A stretch of DNA of 64,000 nt from Rebecca billardiae RCC1528 (lineage: Eukaryota; Protista; Haptophyta): the NCBI GenBank assembly GCA_965240325.2, contig OZ251222.1, positions 2,294,001 to 2,358,000 on the forward strand, written 5' to 3'. Both the position numbers and the translations under genes were made by a program. Position 1 is the stretch's first letter. Each line of letters opens with the position of its first letter. The notes beneath the pieces are model-generated. The model was given only the letters and a program-made list of their open reading frames with translations, was not told where the DNA came from and did no database searches. This document shows, in pieces, positions 1 through 12,181 of the stretch.

Positions 1-3000
1 TGAGCGTGAGGGCAGTGCGCGCGGCGTGAGCCACGCGACACGCACCACACGCTCCGGCACGCTTCCGTTTCTCGGCACTGCGCGGCATAGCAGCCCTGCT
101 TGCTTGTGCGCTTGCTCGAGCTGAGACGCGCGGACATTCCCCGTGGGCTCCCGCGAGATCTGCAAACCGAGAAGCCGTCAAGCCCTGTCTGTCAGCTGTC
201 CCCGCCGTGCCTGGCTCGCCTGGCGTTGCTCCGCGGCAGCACGTGCTCTACCGCTCCTACCTCCGTGCGAGCCGTCGTCCCCGCAGCTTTCCCATTGCCC
301 TCCATCACGACGATGCCATGTCGGCCTCACCAGCTATCTGCCGAGCGCCAGGCAGTGTGGGCCTGCCGTGCAGCTCACCGGGACAAGTGGCACGGCACCG
401 CTCCCCGCGAGACCCGAGTTGGTCATTACTGGCGACGCTGCCCGTTCTGGGGCCAGTCTCATCAAGGAAGTGTCTGTGCATGTCATGAGGCGATCGGAGC
501 CTGTGGTGCCATGCATTCCGGGCTGATGACAAAACGTACATCTTATCATCAACATCATCAGCATCACTTCGGGTGCCCCGAGCCCCGCCGTCGTTCCGGC
601 CGACTAGTGAGATTACTGAGAATCCGATCCGCGCCAGTCATTGACCAGTCGCGGCCGCGGAGTCCGAATCCGCGATGGGCACCGGCGGCGGCGTCGCCCG
701 CCGACACTGTCCGCCGCAGCGCCAGCGGGCTCGGCCGCAGGCTGTGGGCGTGGCACGGTGCGAGGCAGGAGTAGTCTTGAAAATTCTTTAAATAAGTATA
801 TAAACTCTGCCCTGGCGGGCGGGGGGGTCGGCGGGCCGTGCCAGTGCTGTCGCAATATTTCCCCAGCGGGTTCGCGCTGCTTTTATTTAGCGGTTTGACG
901 GGCAGGATGACGAATACTACAATGCGACACACAGATGATGGTGAGCTACCTGACTCACTGACGAATAATAACGCGACAGATGACTCTGGTGATCTCACCG
1001 ACAGTGTGATTGCGCGTGTATTCGTGCACCCACTCGGCGCTACTCGTCATCCCGGGTGCCGACAGCCGAGCCGTCGACTGTGCGCACGCACTGGCCAATA
1101 ACTGATTGGCGTGCGACGGCGGCTTGCTTGTGACGCCTGACGGTGACGGTTCAATGTCCTCGGAGCTAAACAGTGGTGGCGGAGTGTGATGTCATGTTTC
1201 ATTTGTTTAGGTCGTCTGGAAGTGCGGTGCGCGCGCGCGCAGTGCGAGAGCGTGTGCCACTCGCGATCGAGGGTGCCGGCACGCGCTGCTCGAGCAGGCA
1301 CAGGAAGCGCAGCGCATGTGCCACTGGCTTCACGACGTCGGCCTCGTCCCGCAGCGCTCGTGACATGGTGGAGGATGGGGCGACAATGTTGCACGCTCGG
1401 CGTTTCAGCTCGTCGCGGATGCGCCTCTGGGATCGGTCAATCGGTCATAGCGCTGTGCGACGAGGGCCGCCGACTCGCCAAGACGCGGTTCCTTCCACGG
1501 CTGCAAACCCGGGAGGTGCGTGCGGTGCGCGTCGTACGCCGCTTTGCGCTGCCCCTCCGTCGCATTGGTCACCGTCGGCGCCATGCAGGCCGGACGTGGG
1601 CCCTCGAGCGCCGAGCGATCTTTGGCCGCGAGCTCGCGAGCGCGAAACATGATCGCCCGCGCTGGAACACCACCGATCGTAGCAAACGGATTTGCATGCG
1701 CCCGACCTTGCTGACCACTGGACCGGGGCACGCGACAGTCCGGTGTGTGGATTCCGGTTATGGTGTTCAGAAGGCCGCGCCAAATCTTGCGTCGCGTGCG
1801 ATGGCGCTTCCCGCCCGCGAGACGCCTCGTGATGAGGGCCGTTCCGCACCGAGCCCGACGCGCGACGGTGAATCGAGCGAGGCGGCCATCGTGCGCAGCG
1901 CTTGATGCTATGGCCGGTGCGAGCTTTCGACGTGCACGTCAGGCGAGGATCGCCCCAGGTCGCACGATCGTGTCGACGCGCCGAGCGTACCGCTCCAAAC
2001 GCGTCGATTTAGCCCCCGTTCGACCTGCACGCGAGACGACGAGGGCAGCAATCGCGAATCGGGCGAAAACCCCCCTCGGGAGTCTTCTCACGATGTCCGC
2101 TCCGGCGTTGGATTCGGCGCGCGCGGCCCACGCGCTCCGCGCCATCCAGGACTCTCTTTCGGCCGAGCGTCCCCAGTGGGAGCTGCGAGGGCGCCCGGTA
2201 GTGAGCGAAGCGACCCGGCAGTGAGCGAGGCGATTTTCTTTTCTTTGCGAGGCGATTTTCTTTTTTCCTTTTCTTTTTCTTATCCTTTTCCCGGGCACTA
2301 CAAGGGGCGGACCTACGGCCCGCCATATTATAATAATATTATAAATATTATAAGCGCCGCGCCTGTAATAGCGCTATTAATTGGCGACTAGTAAATGAGT
2401 AAATCCAAGTCGGATTATCTATTTGACTACAGTCGCGCGACTTATGACCGTCGTACGACTCGACTACTCGTCTGCGGCCCGGTCGCAATTATCAGACGGC
2501 GGAAGTGCCCATGATATGAGGTCGGCGGCACTCGGCGCGTGGCCATATATATGACCGCGTTCCGCGGTCCTTCCGTAGAACCAACGTAGTTAGGGGCCCG
2601 CGGTGCAACCTCCGTCGGCTGCTGTCGATCAGTCTGACACTCTGACTGACATGGCGGGCCGAGGACTGTCGCCGCGGGCCGCGCGGCGGGAAGCGCGGCC
2701 GCCGGGGCGGCGCGCGCGCGCAGGGCGAGAGGCGCCGCGCGGCGCGGGCCGGCGCGTGCGGGCGTGCGGGCGCACCTGCTTGAGGTGCTCGCGCTGCGCC
2801 ATGCGCTCGACGACGGGCCGCTGGTCGCTCAGCCGGCGCGCTTCGTGCCGGCAGAGCGAGAGCGCGCGCCACTCGGCCAGCGGGCACTGCTGCCCCGCGG
2901 CCCCGGTGCGCTGCGCAGCTCCGCGCACCGATCGCCAGAGGCGAGACGCGCACCGATCGCCAGAGGCGAGACCGAGCGGAGCTCGGAGTGGAACGAGGCG

Positions 3001-4139
3001 AGCGGCGCGTCGCGCCTGCCGCCGCGCGTGCGCGCCTGCTCCACCGCGCCGCGCCGTGCTCGCCCGCCGCCTCCTCGTCCGCCACGTCGGCCTCGAAGCC
3101 ACGCAGCAGCGGCGGCCAGCGCGGCAGGCCGTGACAATCGGCAGCCCGTGGCCGTGCGTGCTCGCCGAGTTGCTGCTGCTGCACCTCCGGCGCGGTCGAC
3201 GACCGAGTTGAGGAGGAGCTCGCGCTCGGCGTCGAGGAGCGAGCTCGCGAGCTCGAGCTCGCCCTTCATTCAGCCGCACTACTAGCTCCGGGCGCATCCG
3301 GCTCATCTCCGCTGCGGCGTGCCGTCGCGGCACCCTCCCGTCCTCATTCCTCAAGCGACGAGCTCGCGTAGTGCACCGGACTCGGCTCGCCCTTCGCTGC
3401 TCCTCGAGCGACGAACGCGCCTGCGGGTAGGTTGTTGGGCGCGCGCCGACTCGGCGTGACTCGGCCAAGCGGCCCGGCGAGACGACTCAGACCGGTGGGC
3501 GCGCTCGGTGAGAGCGGAGTGCGAGGGCCGGGCGAGACGGAGTAGACGCGGGGCCTGCGAGGCGACAGGCGCGCTCGGGGAGAGCAGAGTGCGAGGGCGA
3601 GAGGCAGCGGCCGGCCGGCCCCCGCCACCACCTCGCGCACCGCGGCGTACTGCGGCGGCACGCGCACGCACGCGGTTCCCGGTCCGAGTGGCAAGGGGGA
3701 AGGGCTCCAGTTCCACGCGTCGCGGTCGCGCCGGCGCGTCACCGGCGCGAGTCGTCAAGGGCCTTGCCCCATAGTGCAATTTCGTCTGCGTGCTGTATAT
3801 TCGTATCTATGGGGGCCGTGGAGTGATCATCTTTTCATCTGCAGTGCGCCCTCTACTTACTGTTCTCGCCTGCCTGAGCTGTGTGCGTCTCTTATTCTGA
3901 GTAAACTGTAGCTAGTGGCTTCCGCGGGAACCATGTCCATTTACGACCATGCACGTTCAACCCGGAGTATCGTCGGAAGATTGAACGGGAACCCCCTTGG
4001 TAGAATACCCTGCTACTGTAGGACCCCCGTGCACATGCACTTTTAAAAAACACGTCCGGCCCTGGGTCCGGTTGGTCCCGGGCTGGCGACCAAGTTTTGT
4101 TCCGTATGAATATTTACAACAAATCGCAGCTAGATATTC

Positions 4140-4420
4140 GTTCACTACCCAGATATACTGACAAAGGCACGCCCAGGCTCACGTCCGTCCATCGACATAT
4201 GCGGAATGGCGTGGGCGCGCTTATTTCGTCAATCGCGTAGTTGCTAATGCAGAGCACTATGGGCCAACGTACCCCTCGAAAAAGCGAAAACTCACCCTCG
4301 TCCAACACCCCTCAAAATCGTCCCCCGTCCCCTTTTCTTTGATCAAAAGATCTTTTTGACAACGTAGTGATGGCCCCCGGCGGGGCTCCACGCTACGCGC
4401 TCCGCCCTACACCGCGGGCC
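4140..4420 (+). repeat. Diverged dispersed repeat, copy 1 (about 280 bp)
   Basis: Shares ggctcacgtccg, cgtgggcgcg, ttttctttgatcaaa..agatctttttga and gggctccacgct.cgcgctccgccct.caccgcgggcc with the reverse complement of 27660-27960. Confidence 0.7.
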
Positions 4421-5351
4421 ATTAGTATTTCAAACACTTAAGTATTAATCATCAACATCGTGACATCGTGATCGTCAATAAATAAATTGACGACGATGCT
4501 CGGTTGTGCATCTCTCTCTCTATAGCTTACATATCGACGGTTTCACAACATGCAGATCATCTCGGGCATCCGCGCACACTGAAACTGTCCGAGGGGTGAC
4601 ACTAGTGATCTAAGGCAGCCAGTCCCAGATGATCCGAGCAGCTCGCACATTCGGGATTGCGTGCGGGCGTCAATGATCTGCAAGCGCCCCGAGCCGGCGC
4701 TGCAAACAAAGTGCAAGCAGCAAGGCGCCCTGAGGCTCCGCACCGTGCGTCAGTCAGACTGATCTAATCAGTCGTCAATCAGCCAGTGACCGAAGCGCAC
4801 GCACGTCTGAGTGAGCAGTACGCCGGCTTACCGGAACGAGCAAATCCAATTGTCTACAGGATGATTCGCAGCAGAGGCTGCCACTGTGACTCACTCAGAC
4901 AACAGAAATTTCTAGCGGTAGAACTGCATGACTGCCCAAGCACGTGCTGTTCGCGACGAACGCTTTGCGACATGCGATATCGCGGCGGCTCTGGGTATCA
5001 CGGCAACACATCGCTGGGCGCACGCTCTAGGTACCGCTCGAAGGCATACGCGCTCCCGATCGAAGGCACGCGTGCGCGTTCAAGCTTGGGCATGATTTTG
5101 GCGGTGATTGTGACAAAGGCGGAGGCGGCTCAAATGGCGCACTGTCTTCACCACTGCTTTTCACACATTCATATGTAGCTCGGACAGCCGACGGGCTGCC
5201 TCGTGAGGAGCCTGCCCGTGCGGCAGTCCTCCAACACCAAGGCTTGACGCATGCGCCGCCATCGTGGGCTTGCGACTTGCTCACCAGTTTAGTTGACGGC
5301 TCCGCCGTCGTGCGTCCCCCATCGACGTGAACGCGTTGGGACGTGAGCGTC

Positions 5352-6169
5352 ATGTTCAGGAAGTACGCGCGGTGCTCGCTCGACTGAGGCGCGTGTGACC
5401 GCCTGGGCGCGAATTGTGCACCTGTCCGCTCGCTGACGCGTTGGCGCCGTCGTGCTCCCGCAGGTTCTCCAAAGAAGACAACATCACCGGGCAGAGCCAA
5501 GTGAAGTCGTCGGTGCAACGTGGCATCCGTCAGAGCATCCTCGACCAGTACCCCGATCTCGAGGACGAGATCGAGGAGCTTCTGCCCAAGAAGGCTCCGC
5601 TCATTGTCGTGAAATGGTGCGTTGCCTCGGACTGCGCTGTCCTCCCCGCCTGGATGTTCGCTCACTTGGACGCGCGTGTCTCTCGCCTGCGCAGCGTCAA
5701 CCACCTCTCGCTCGTGGCGTCGGGCTCCACATCCCTGCCGCTCTTCTTCCAGGTCCGGGACGGGCCCTTCGTACCCACACTTCGGTTGCTGCATCAGTTC
5801 CCGGACATGCTGCCAAAGTACCGTGTCGACAGGGGAGCCATTCGGTTTGTGCTCTCCGGGGCCAACATCATGGCACCCGGGCTGACGTCTGCGGGCGGTG
5901 CCATGGATGACGTCCCCGCGGACACGGTGGTGGTGAGCGCGCGTGCGCGCACGACGACCCGCGCCATCCACCCGAGTCTCGCTCACGCCCGTGGGCGCGC
6001 CTGCTCGGCACGTGCGCAGGGAATATTCGCTGAGGGCAAGGAGCACGCGCTGGCCATCGGCGTGACACTGCTCAGCACGAAGGAAATACGAGAGACGAAC
6101 AAGGGCGTGGCGGTCGAGAACACGCACTACCTGAACGACGGCCTGTGGCACCTGCTGTCCATCGACTGA
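5352..6169 (+). CDS. MCTS1: MCTS1/Tma20 PUA-domain translation re-initiation factor; exons 5352-5362, 5464-5616, 5695-5932, 6020-6169
   Basis: Spliced protein MFRKFSKEDNITGQSQVKSSVQRGIRQSILDQYP...VVKCVNH...PTLRLLHQFP...VDRGAIRFVLSGANIMAPGLTS...GIFAEGKEHALAIG...NKGVAVENTHYLNDGLW matches hallmark MCTS1 motifs; three GT-AG introns restore the frame. Confidence 0.93.
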
Positions 6170-7167
6170 GGGCCAGCGATGATGTGCTGGTGGCAGATCA
6201 GCCTCACACTCCAGGTTGCCACCGCGCTGCAGCATTGAGTGTGCTGCCCTGAGGCTGGGCCACCAACGCGCATGCCCGCCATCGGATCGTGCGGCACGGA
6301 GCGGCTGTGCGACTCCTGGTGGCAGCAGATCATGCCGCACGGTGCCGCTCATGCTGCATCCGGGCAGGGTCGTCGCATGGCCGCGGTGGCCCGCAGTGCG
6401 CCCGTGCCGCCACCAAATGGTATCATGACCATTGATCATGCCGTTCCAGGCCGGGCAGGCGGCGTTTGGCAGCGGTCTGCCTGCTGCCGCGGACCCTGGC
6501 CTGCCGGCGCTGCCGCCGGCGGCCCGGCGGGCCCGGCGGCTGCCGCCCGCCCGCCCGCCCGCGGCCCGGCCGCCGGCGCTGTCATTCGCTCCCCGGGACC
6601 AACACGATTGTCAAGTGGCCCGCACTGACGCCGCCGCGCGGCGGACCGTCACCGCCACTCTGCACTCAGTGATGAGCACTCACGGCTCACCGGCCGCCCG
6701 GCCCACACTGCCACTGGTGACTGGTGTCTGGTCTCACTCACTGGATCACTGACACTCCACAGTCACTCCGCACTGTGTAGTGTGTGTGTGATGAATACTG
6801 CTGCGGAAAATCAACTAAAATCACTGCTGCTACTAGTTCATCGTCATCGTCGGAGTGAATAGGCAATCGCTGAGCCTGAGACCCGCAGCGGCGACCAGCG
6901 CCCGCGGTCAGCCCGCGGCCGCGCCCGCGGCCGCCGCGTCCCTGCCTCAGGCTCAGTCCTCACGCGCCGGCGAAGTGACGGCGGTGAACCGCGGCGCATC
7001 TCTGCCATCGCGGGTGCAGCTGGCTGAGCTGCGCTGCAACGGTGTGCGACGGTGTGGCCCGCCTGTCAGAGACATTGGAGTCTGCTGTCACCGGGACTCG
7101 GGCGGGAGCCTGAGGCAGGCAGGCGGACACTCAGCCTTCCGACAGAGCCTGACCACGACAGACTCAC

Positions 7168-7716
7168 TCACGAGCGAGGAGTGTCGTCAGGCTTCTTCTC
7201 AGGCGCCGTCTCGCCGCCAAAGAGGTCCTCCGTCGGGAGCGCTTCGCTCTCTCCGGTCCGAATCTGCCTCATTGACTTCTCGATCGCGCGCTTCTCCTGC
7301 TCGATCTCGTCCAGGGCAATCTCAGACTCGATGGCATCGCGGAACTGATCGGCAGCGTCTGTGCCGAGTTTGCGCAGGTTGCCGATGAGGACACCCGCTT
7401 CGCGTGACAGGCGCAGAAGCTCCTTCGGCCCCAGCAAGAGCCAAGCAAGCCCACCGATGACGACCAGCTCGGGGGTACCCACGTTGAAGATGGAGAAGCC
7501 ACCGCCACCGACCGGGAAGCCGGGCAGGCCCATCTGCACATGACTGCGCGTGCGGAGCGGTGCGCGTGCAACTGCCGCGGAGCAGCGCGACGCACGCGGC
7601 GCAGTGGCAGAGGTAGGGCACGGAGCCACTCGCCGCACGCCAAGGCTCGCGCCGTCGCAAGTGCTGACGCAGAGCAGTGCTGCGAGGACGACGATGAGCG
7701 TGCGCGTAGCCATCAT
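7168..7716 (-). CDS. tatB: Plastid twin-arginine translocase subunit TatB/Hcf106-like, with bipartite targeting peptide
   Basis: Hydrophobic signal peptide, R/S/A-rich transit region, then IFNVGTPELVVIGGLAWLLLGPKELLRLSREAG (TatA/B TM-hinge-amphipathic helix) and an acidic tail. Confidence 0.85.
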   Translation of the reverse strand: MMATRTLIVVLAALLCVSTCDGASLGVRRVAPCPTSATAPRASRCSAAVARAPLRTRSHVQMGLPGFPVGGGGFSIFNVGTPELVVIGGLAWLLLGPKELLRLSREAGVLIGNLRKLGTDAADQFRDAIESEIALDEIEQEKRAIEKSMRQIRTGESEALPTEDLFGGETAPEKKPDDTPRS

Positions 7717-8504
7717 GATGGGACCGGCAAGCAGTGTGGACGGGCACGTGAATTATTTCCGCCGCGCCAAAATGAAAAGGGCCACTACGCAAAATGGAAT
7801 CATGGACTGGCGCGACCAATGATGAACATCAACGTGCTCGTCAGTCAGTGCTCACCACTGCCACTGCAGTGACTGCTGCAAGCTTCGACCAGTACCACGA
7901 CAGACGAATCAGGAGAGCTGCGCCCTCGTGCCTGTGTCTTTAAATCGTAGAATTGGTCGCATTGCTGATCTTGAACATTAGATCGAATCCATTAGCGCGT
8001 AGACTGAGAGTGAGACACAGACACTAGTGAGACAGACAGACAGCAGGCAGTCGAGCCTCACTGAGTGACAGTCACTCGGACCCGGCGGGACGGTGCCCCG
8101 GGCACGGTGCCCCCGGCCCCGGTCCGCCCGCCGGCCCGGTCCCGCGGACCGGCGACCGGCGAGGTCATGACCGTCTCGGTCTATAGTACTATACCCCAGT
8201 CTCACTCGACACCGGCTCAGTGATTGGCTCAGACGTCTCAGACTCTCTCAGTCCGGCGATGAACGCAGCAATTTACAGCACGGCGCGTCGTCGTACTGTT
8301 ATAACTGTAGTCAGTGCTCATAGCTCGTTCCGAGTTACCATAACCCGAGCGCTCACGGCTCAGACTGAGTCTCAGTCTCACTGGGACCGCCGAGCCGTCG
8401 AGCTCGAGCCTCGAGTGCCTCGACGCCACCATCGGGAGCACACCGTTGACACTCACACTGATTCACGTCGCGAGGGCGTGTCTCAGTGCAGTGGCTGACC
8501 AGGC

Positions 8505-10436
8505 CTACTTGCGCGAGAAGAAGCTGGTGAGCTTGGAGGACTGCGCACCCTTCGACGCGCCGCTCGCCTTGGCAGCGGCTGCCTTTTTGGCCGGCTTCTC
8601 CTCCGAGGGTGGCGCCGCCTGGCGACCGCGCGGTGCGGCGTGCAGCACAACGGCGGGCAGGGCCAATGAGGCGATGGCGCTCGGCTCGCGGCGCGTGCGC
8701 GACCCGGAGAGCCCCGCGAGCCCCCCGCCCTTCGCTCCCCGCTCCCCGCGCAGGCGCAGCGCACCTTCTTCGCCGGGCGCTCCGGCTTTGGCGGCTGCTC
8801 CGCGCTCGGGTGCGGCGCGTCCACCTCCACATCTGAGTAGTACTCCTCGGTCACCATGTACCCCTTGGCGTCCACGTACGTCTTCACGCGCTTCTGCTTC
8901 TCGATGCGCTTGCCCGGCGCGGGCGCGGCGCGGGGCGGTGCGGGAGAGGGCTCGGGCTCGGGCTCGTCCCGCGCATCGGCCGCGGGCTCCGGCGCGGGCT
9001 CCGCCTCGTCACGCGTGCGTTTGCGCGCCGCCTTCTCCGCCGAGGCCAGGCCTCCCGCGCCAGCCTTGGCTGTGGGCTTGGGCGATGCGGCCGGCTCTCG
9101 CGCCTTGCGCTCCGACTTGGCGGCAGCAGGCGGCTCCACGGCAGCCGTCGGGCCGGCCGACGGGACGCCGTCGTCCTGCTTCGCGCCGCTGCCCGCCCCT
9201 GCCTTCGCCACCGGCTCCTGCTGCTCGTCGTCGTCGTCGTCGTCGTCGCACACGATGCGGGAGCGCTTCTTGCCCGCGCGCTTGCCGTCGGTCGGCTGCG
9301 AGGTCGGCGGGGTCGTCTCCTTGGATGTGCAGCCGTCGGCACTGTCTCCCTCGCGCCCAGCCGGCTGCACAGCGGGCTCTGCGGTCTGCTCGCGCTGCGC
9401 GGGCGTGCTGCCGCCCGCGCGGCCAGCGCTCGCGCCGAAGAAGTTGGCGCCAGCGCGCGGCTTGGCCGAGCTGGCCGCTGCCGCGGGCTTGTCTGCGGCC
9501 AGCGTGCTCGCGTGCGCGCCGGTCTTGGCCGCGGCCGCGGGCGGCTTGGCGGCAGGCTGCTTCGAGCGCTGCTGCGCCAGCATGGCTGCCAAGCCACCGC
9601 TAGGTGCGCTCGACTTCTGCTTGCCACCGTCCCCGCCACCCGCCGGCTTGGCTGGCTGCTCCGCTCGCGCCGGAGCGGCCGAAGGGGCCGCCGGCTTGGC
9701 AGTGCTCGGCGGCGGCGCGGCGGAGCTGCGCTTCGGCGCGGAGGGCTGCCGCCGCTCCGCAGTCCCGGTGATCGCGCCCCATCGGTTGTCCTCCAGGCAA
9801 GTGCCGCCACCCCCCTTCGCCGCGACCGCCCGGCGGTACAGCTCCAGCTGCGAATCACTGTCAGCCATCCACAGCTCGTGCGCGGTGCGCGGCAGCGAGG
9901 CCTGCACGCTGTAGACGTGACACGCGAGCAGCGGCTCCATCTGACGCTTTGCGTCTGCGCGCGCGCGTTGACAAGGCACGCATCGCGCACGTAGGGGTGG
10001 ACGCGTCATGGGAAGCGTGTGGGCGGGAAGGGGGCGCGGGAGCGATCGCCCGCGCCGGCGCACACCCTCGAGTCCGTCCTGCGTCACGAGGCGGACCGTG
10101 TGCCAGGCGGCGGCATCACCACCCTCGCCTCCTCCCTTGCCCGAAAGCACATACGTCGCCTGTAGCCGCTCCGCGTTCTTGCCCGCGAACGTGTCCAGCA
10201 CCCTGCGACGTGCGTGCGAGCGCGCGCGCGCGCCGTCGGAGACGCGCTCAAACGCGCATGCGGCGCACGCGCCAGGCGCGGTTGACGCGCCGCACGCGGG
10301 TCGCGCACCGCTGGGCGTCGCTGGACGAAATGCCCGCCTTCTGACTGAGCAGCTTGTACGTCACGACCTTGCCCTCGTCGAACGCGAGCTCCGCCGCGAG
10401 CTCGAGGGCGGCCCGCTCATCGTCGCTCGACCCCAT
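8505..10436 (-). CDS. POLD3: DNA polymerase delta subunit 3 (POLD3/Cdc27/Pol32), multi-exon
   Basis: N-terminal DEGKVVTYKLLS...LQATYVLSG and HVYSVQ, long low-complexity linker, KRVKTYVDAKGYMVTEE, and C-terminal PIP box QSSKLTSFF before TAG at 8505-8507; exon pieces lie in different ORFs of the track. Confidence 0.88.
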
Positions 10437-10754
10437 CCTTGCGAACGAGTGCCGAAGGCCAACGGTGCTCGCTTGAGCTTTTCTCGACGACCGGTGGCCA
10501 CACGGCAACAAAAAGCCCCATCGGCGTCCGTGGTCAAACCGTCCGGTGATTCTTGAATTCGGTCCGGCTGCAAGCCTGACACGCGGGAGTCGCTGGCGTT
10601 GGGCCCGCGCCGCCTTGCACACGCGCTGAGGGCCCTGCGCTCGCGCATCGTGGCCGCAGTCATGGACGGGGAGGGGCGCCGGCGAAAGTCGATTCCTGGG
10701 CGGCTGGTCCTCGCATGCGCGCGCGCCGCGCGTGCCTGTAGACCAAGCCCGGCA

Positions 10755-11702
10755 ATGCTGCGCAAGCTCGAGCGCTGCATTTTCAGCACCGTCATGTTCC
10801 TCGACAAGTGCGTCGGGGGGTTCATGCGGATCGTCGGGCCAGTGTTCGTTCTCGTGCTGCTGGGGCTCATCAGCTTCAACGTGTACATGTACTTGACCGT
10901 GATGCTCCCCGAGTACGTGCTCCCGTACACTGGCACCACCGGCGCGCTCGCCAACCTGGCGGTCGGTTTGTGGATCCTGCTCAACCTCCTCTTCAACTAC
11001 CTGCGCTGCGCTTACATCTCGCCCGGGTGGCCGCCGAAGGACACGCCCATGCCCGAAGGCCGCCAGCCCCAGGACGCGCGCAGCGACCACATCTGGCGCT
11101 GGTGCTCGCGCTGCCGCGCGCCCAAGCCGCCGCGCTCGCACCACTGCAGCGTGTGCCGGCGTTGTGTGCTGAAGATGGACCACCACTGCCCGTGGGTGAA
11201 CAACTGCGTGGGGTATAACAACTACCGACACTTTCTGCTGTTCATATTTTACCTCCTCGTCGGCTGCGCGTTCGTGCTCTCCACCGCGATGATCCCGCGC
11301 CTCCTCGGCCCGGAGCTGCACACGCTGCACCGCCGCCGCCGCATCGGCCTCTTCTCGTTCACGGCGCTGCCTGCACGCCCCGGCACCCCTGCCTTCTTTC
11401 AGCTCATCCTCGCCTTCTCGGCGATGCTTGCGCTGAGCTTCTTCGCGCTGTGGCACCTCTTCCTCACGTGCACCGGGCAGACGACACTCGAGTTCTACAT
11501 CAACGCCGCAGACCGGCGCGACGCGCGCCGGCTCGGCCAGCCGTGGACCAACCCGTTCAACCGCGGCCTCAAGAACAACGTGGAGGAGGTGCTCCTAGCG
11601 CCGCCGTGCAGCCTCGCGTGGACACTCCCGCGGCTGAAGACGGCGAACGGCGACGGGATGAATTGGAATCTGCCCACCACGCACGGCCTCTCGCACGTCT
11701 GA
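10755..11702 (+). CDS. DHHC-type protein S-palmitoyltransferase
   Basis: CSRCRAPKPPRSHHCSVCRRCVLKMDHHCPWVNNCVG cysteine-rich domain, four TM segments, TTLE motif and NPFNRG (PaCCT-like) motif. Confidence 0.95.
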   Translation: MLRKLERCIFSTVMFLDKCVGGFMRIVGPVFVLVLLGLISFNVYMYLTVMLPEYVLPYTGTTGALANLAVGLWILLNLLFNYLRCAYISPGWPPKDTPMPEGRQPQDARSDHIWRWCSRCRAPKPPRSHHCSVCRRCVLKMDHHCPWVNNCVGYNNYRHFLLFIFYLLVGCAFVLSTAMIPRLLGPELHTLHRRRRIGLFSFTALPARPGTPAFFQLILAFSAMLALSFFALWHLFLTCTGQTTLEFYINAADRRDARRLGQPWTNPFNRGLKNNVEEVLLAPPCSLAWTLPRLKTANGDGMNWNLPTTHGLSHV

Positions 11703-12181
11703 GGGAGCATGGCATACTAGCCGGAATCTCGCGAGTTCCTCGCGAGTTGCCCGTGCCTCAGACGACGACTAGCTGTCTGAGACGGTCCGGCGGTGTGTCC
11801 AGCCGCGCTGCCTACCAGGGTACAGTTTATGACGACGAGATATTGTGATTGCTGACTACGGAACACACCGACGCTGGTCAGTCGGTGACGGCAGACGGGC
11901 CGCCGTTGGCGTCGGGCCGTGACCAGACTGACCGGTGACGCTGACAGGCGGTGACTCACCGGTCACCCGTCATGTCGGGTGAGGCGACACCCGTCACCGT
12001 CGAACTCGAAGGCGAAGACTGAAGAGCTGCGTTGTCCGGCGGTGACGGGCGCCGGCGACCCGGTCCGGGCCGGACGGCCTAGCTGTCCGGGCAATTCGCC
12101 TCATTGATGATCGCTGGCACCCCACCCGGTCCCTTGGGCAGGCTCGGGAGTCGCCGGAGTCGGGGCACACCGGTCCCGGAG

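Noticed and set aside
100-2300. Several 100-240 aa ORFs at the window start
   Set aside because: No recognisable motifs or consistent codon bias; may be decayed element sequence but cannot be supported.
829-2324. Possible TIR pair ggcgggccgt / acggcccgcc beside AT-rich patches
   Set aside because: Only about 10 bp of GC-rich match and no TSD; insufficient support.
5617-6019. Apparent insertions in the MCTS1 ORF translation
   Set aside because: They are stop-free, in-frame GT-AG introns of 78 and 87 nt, not protein insertions.
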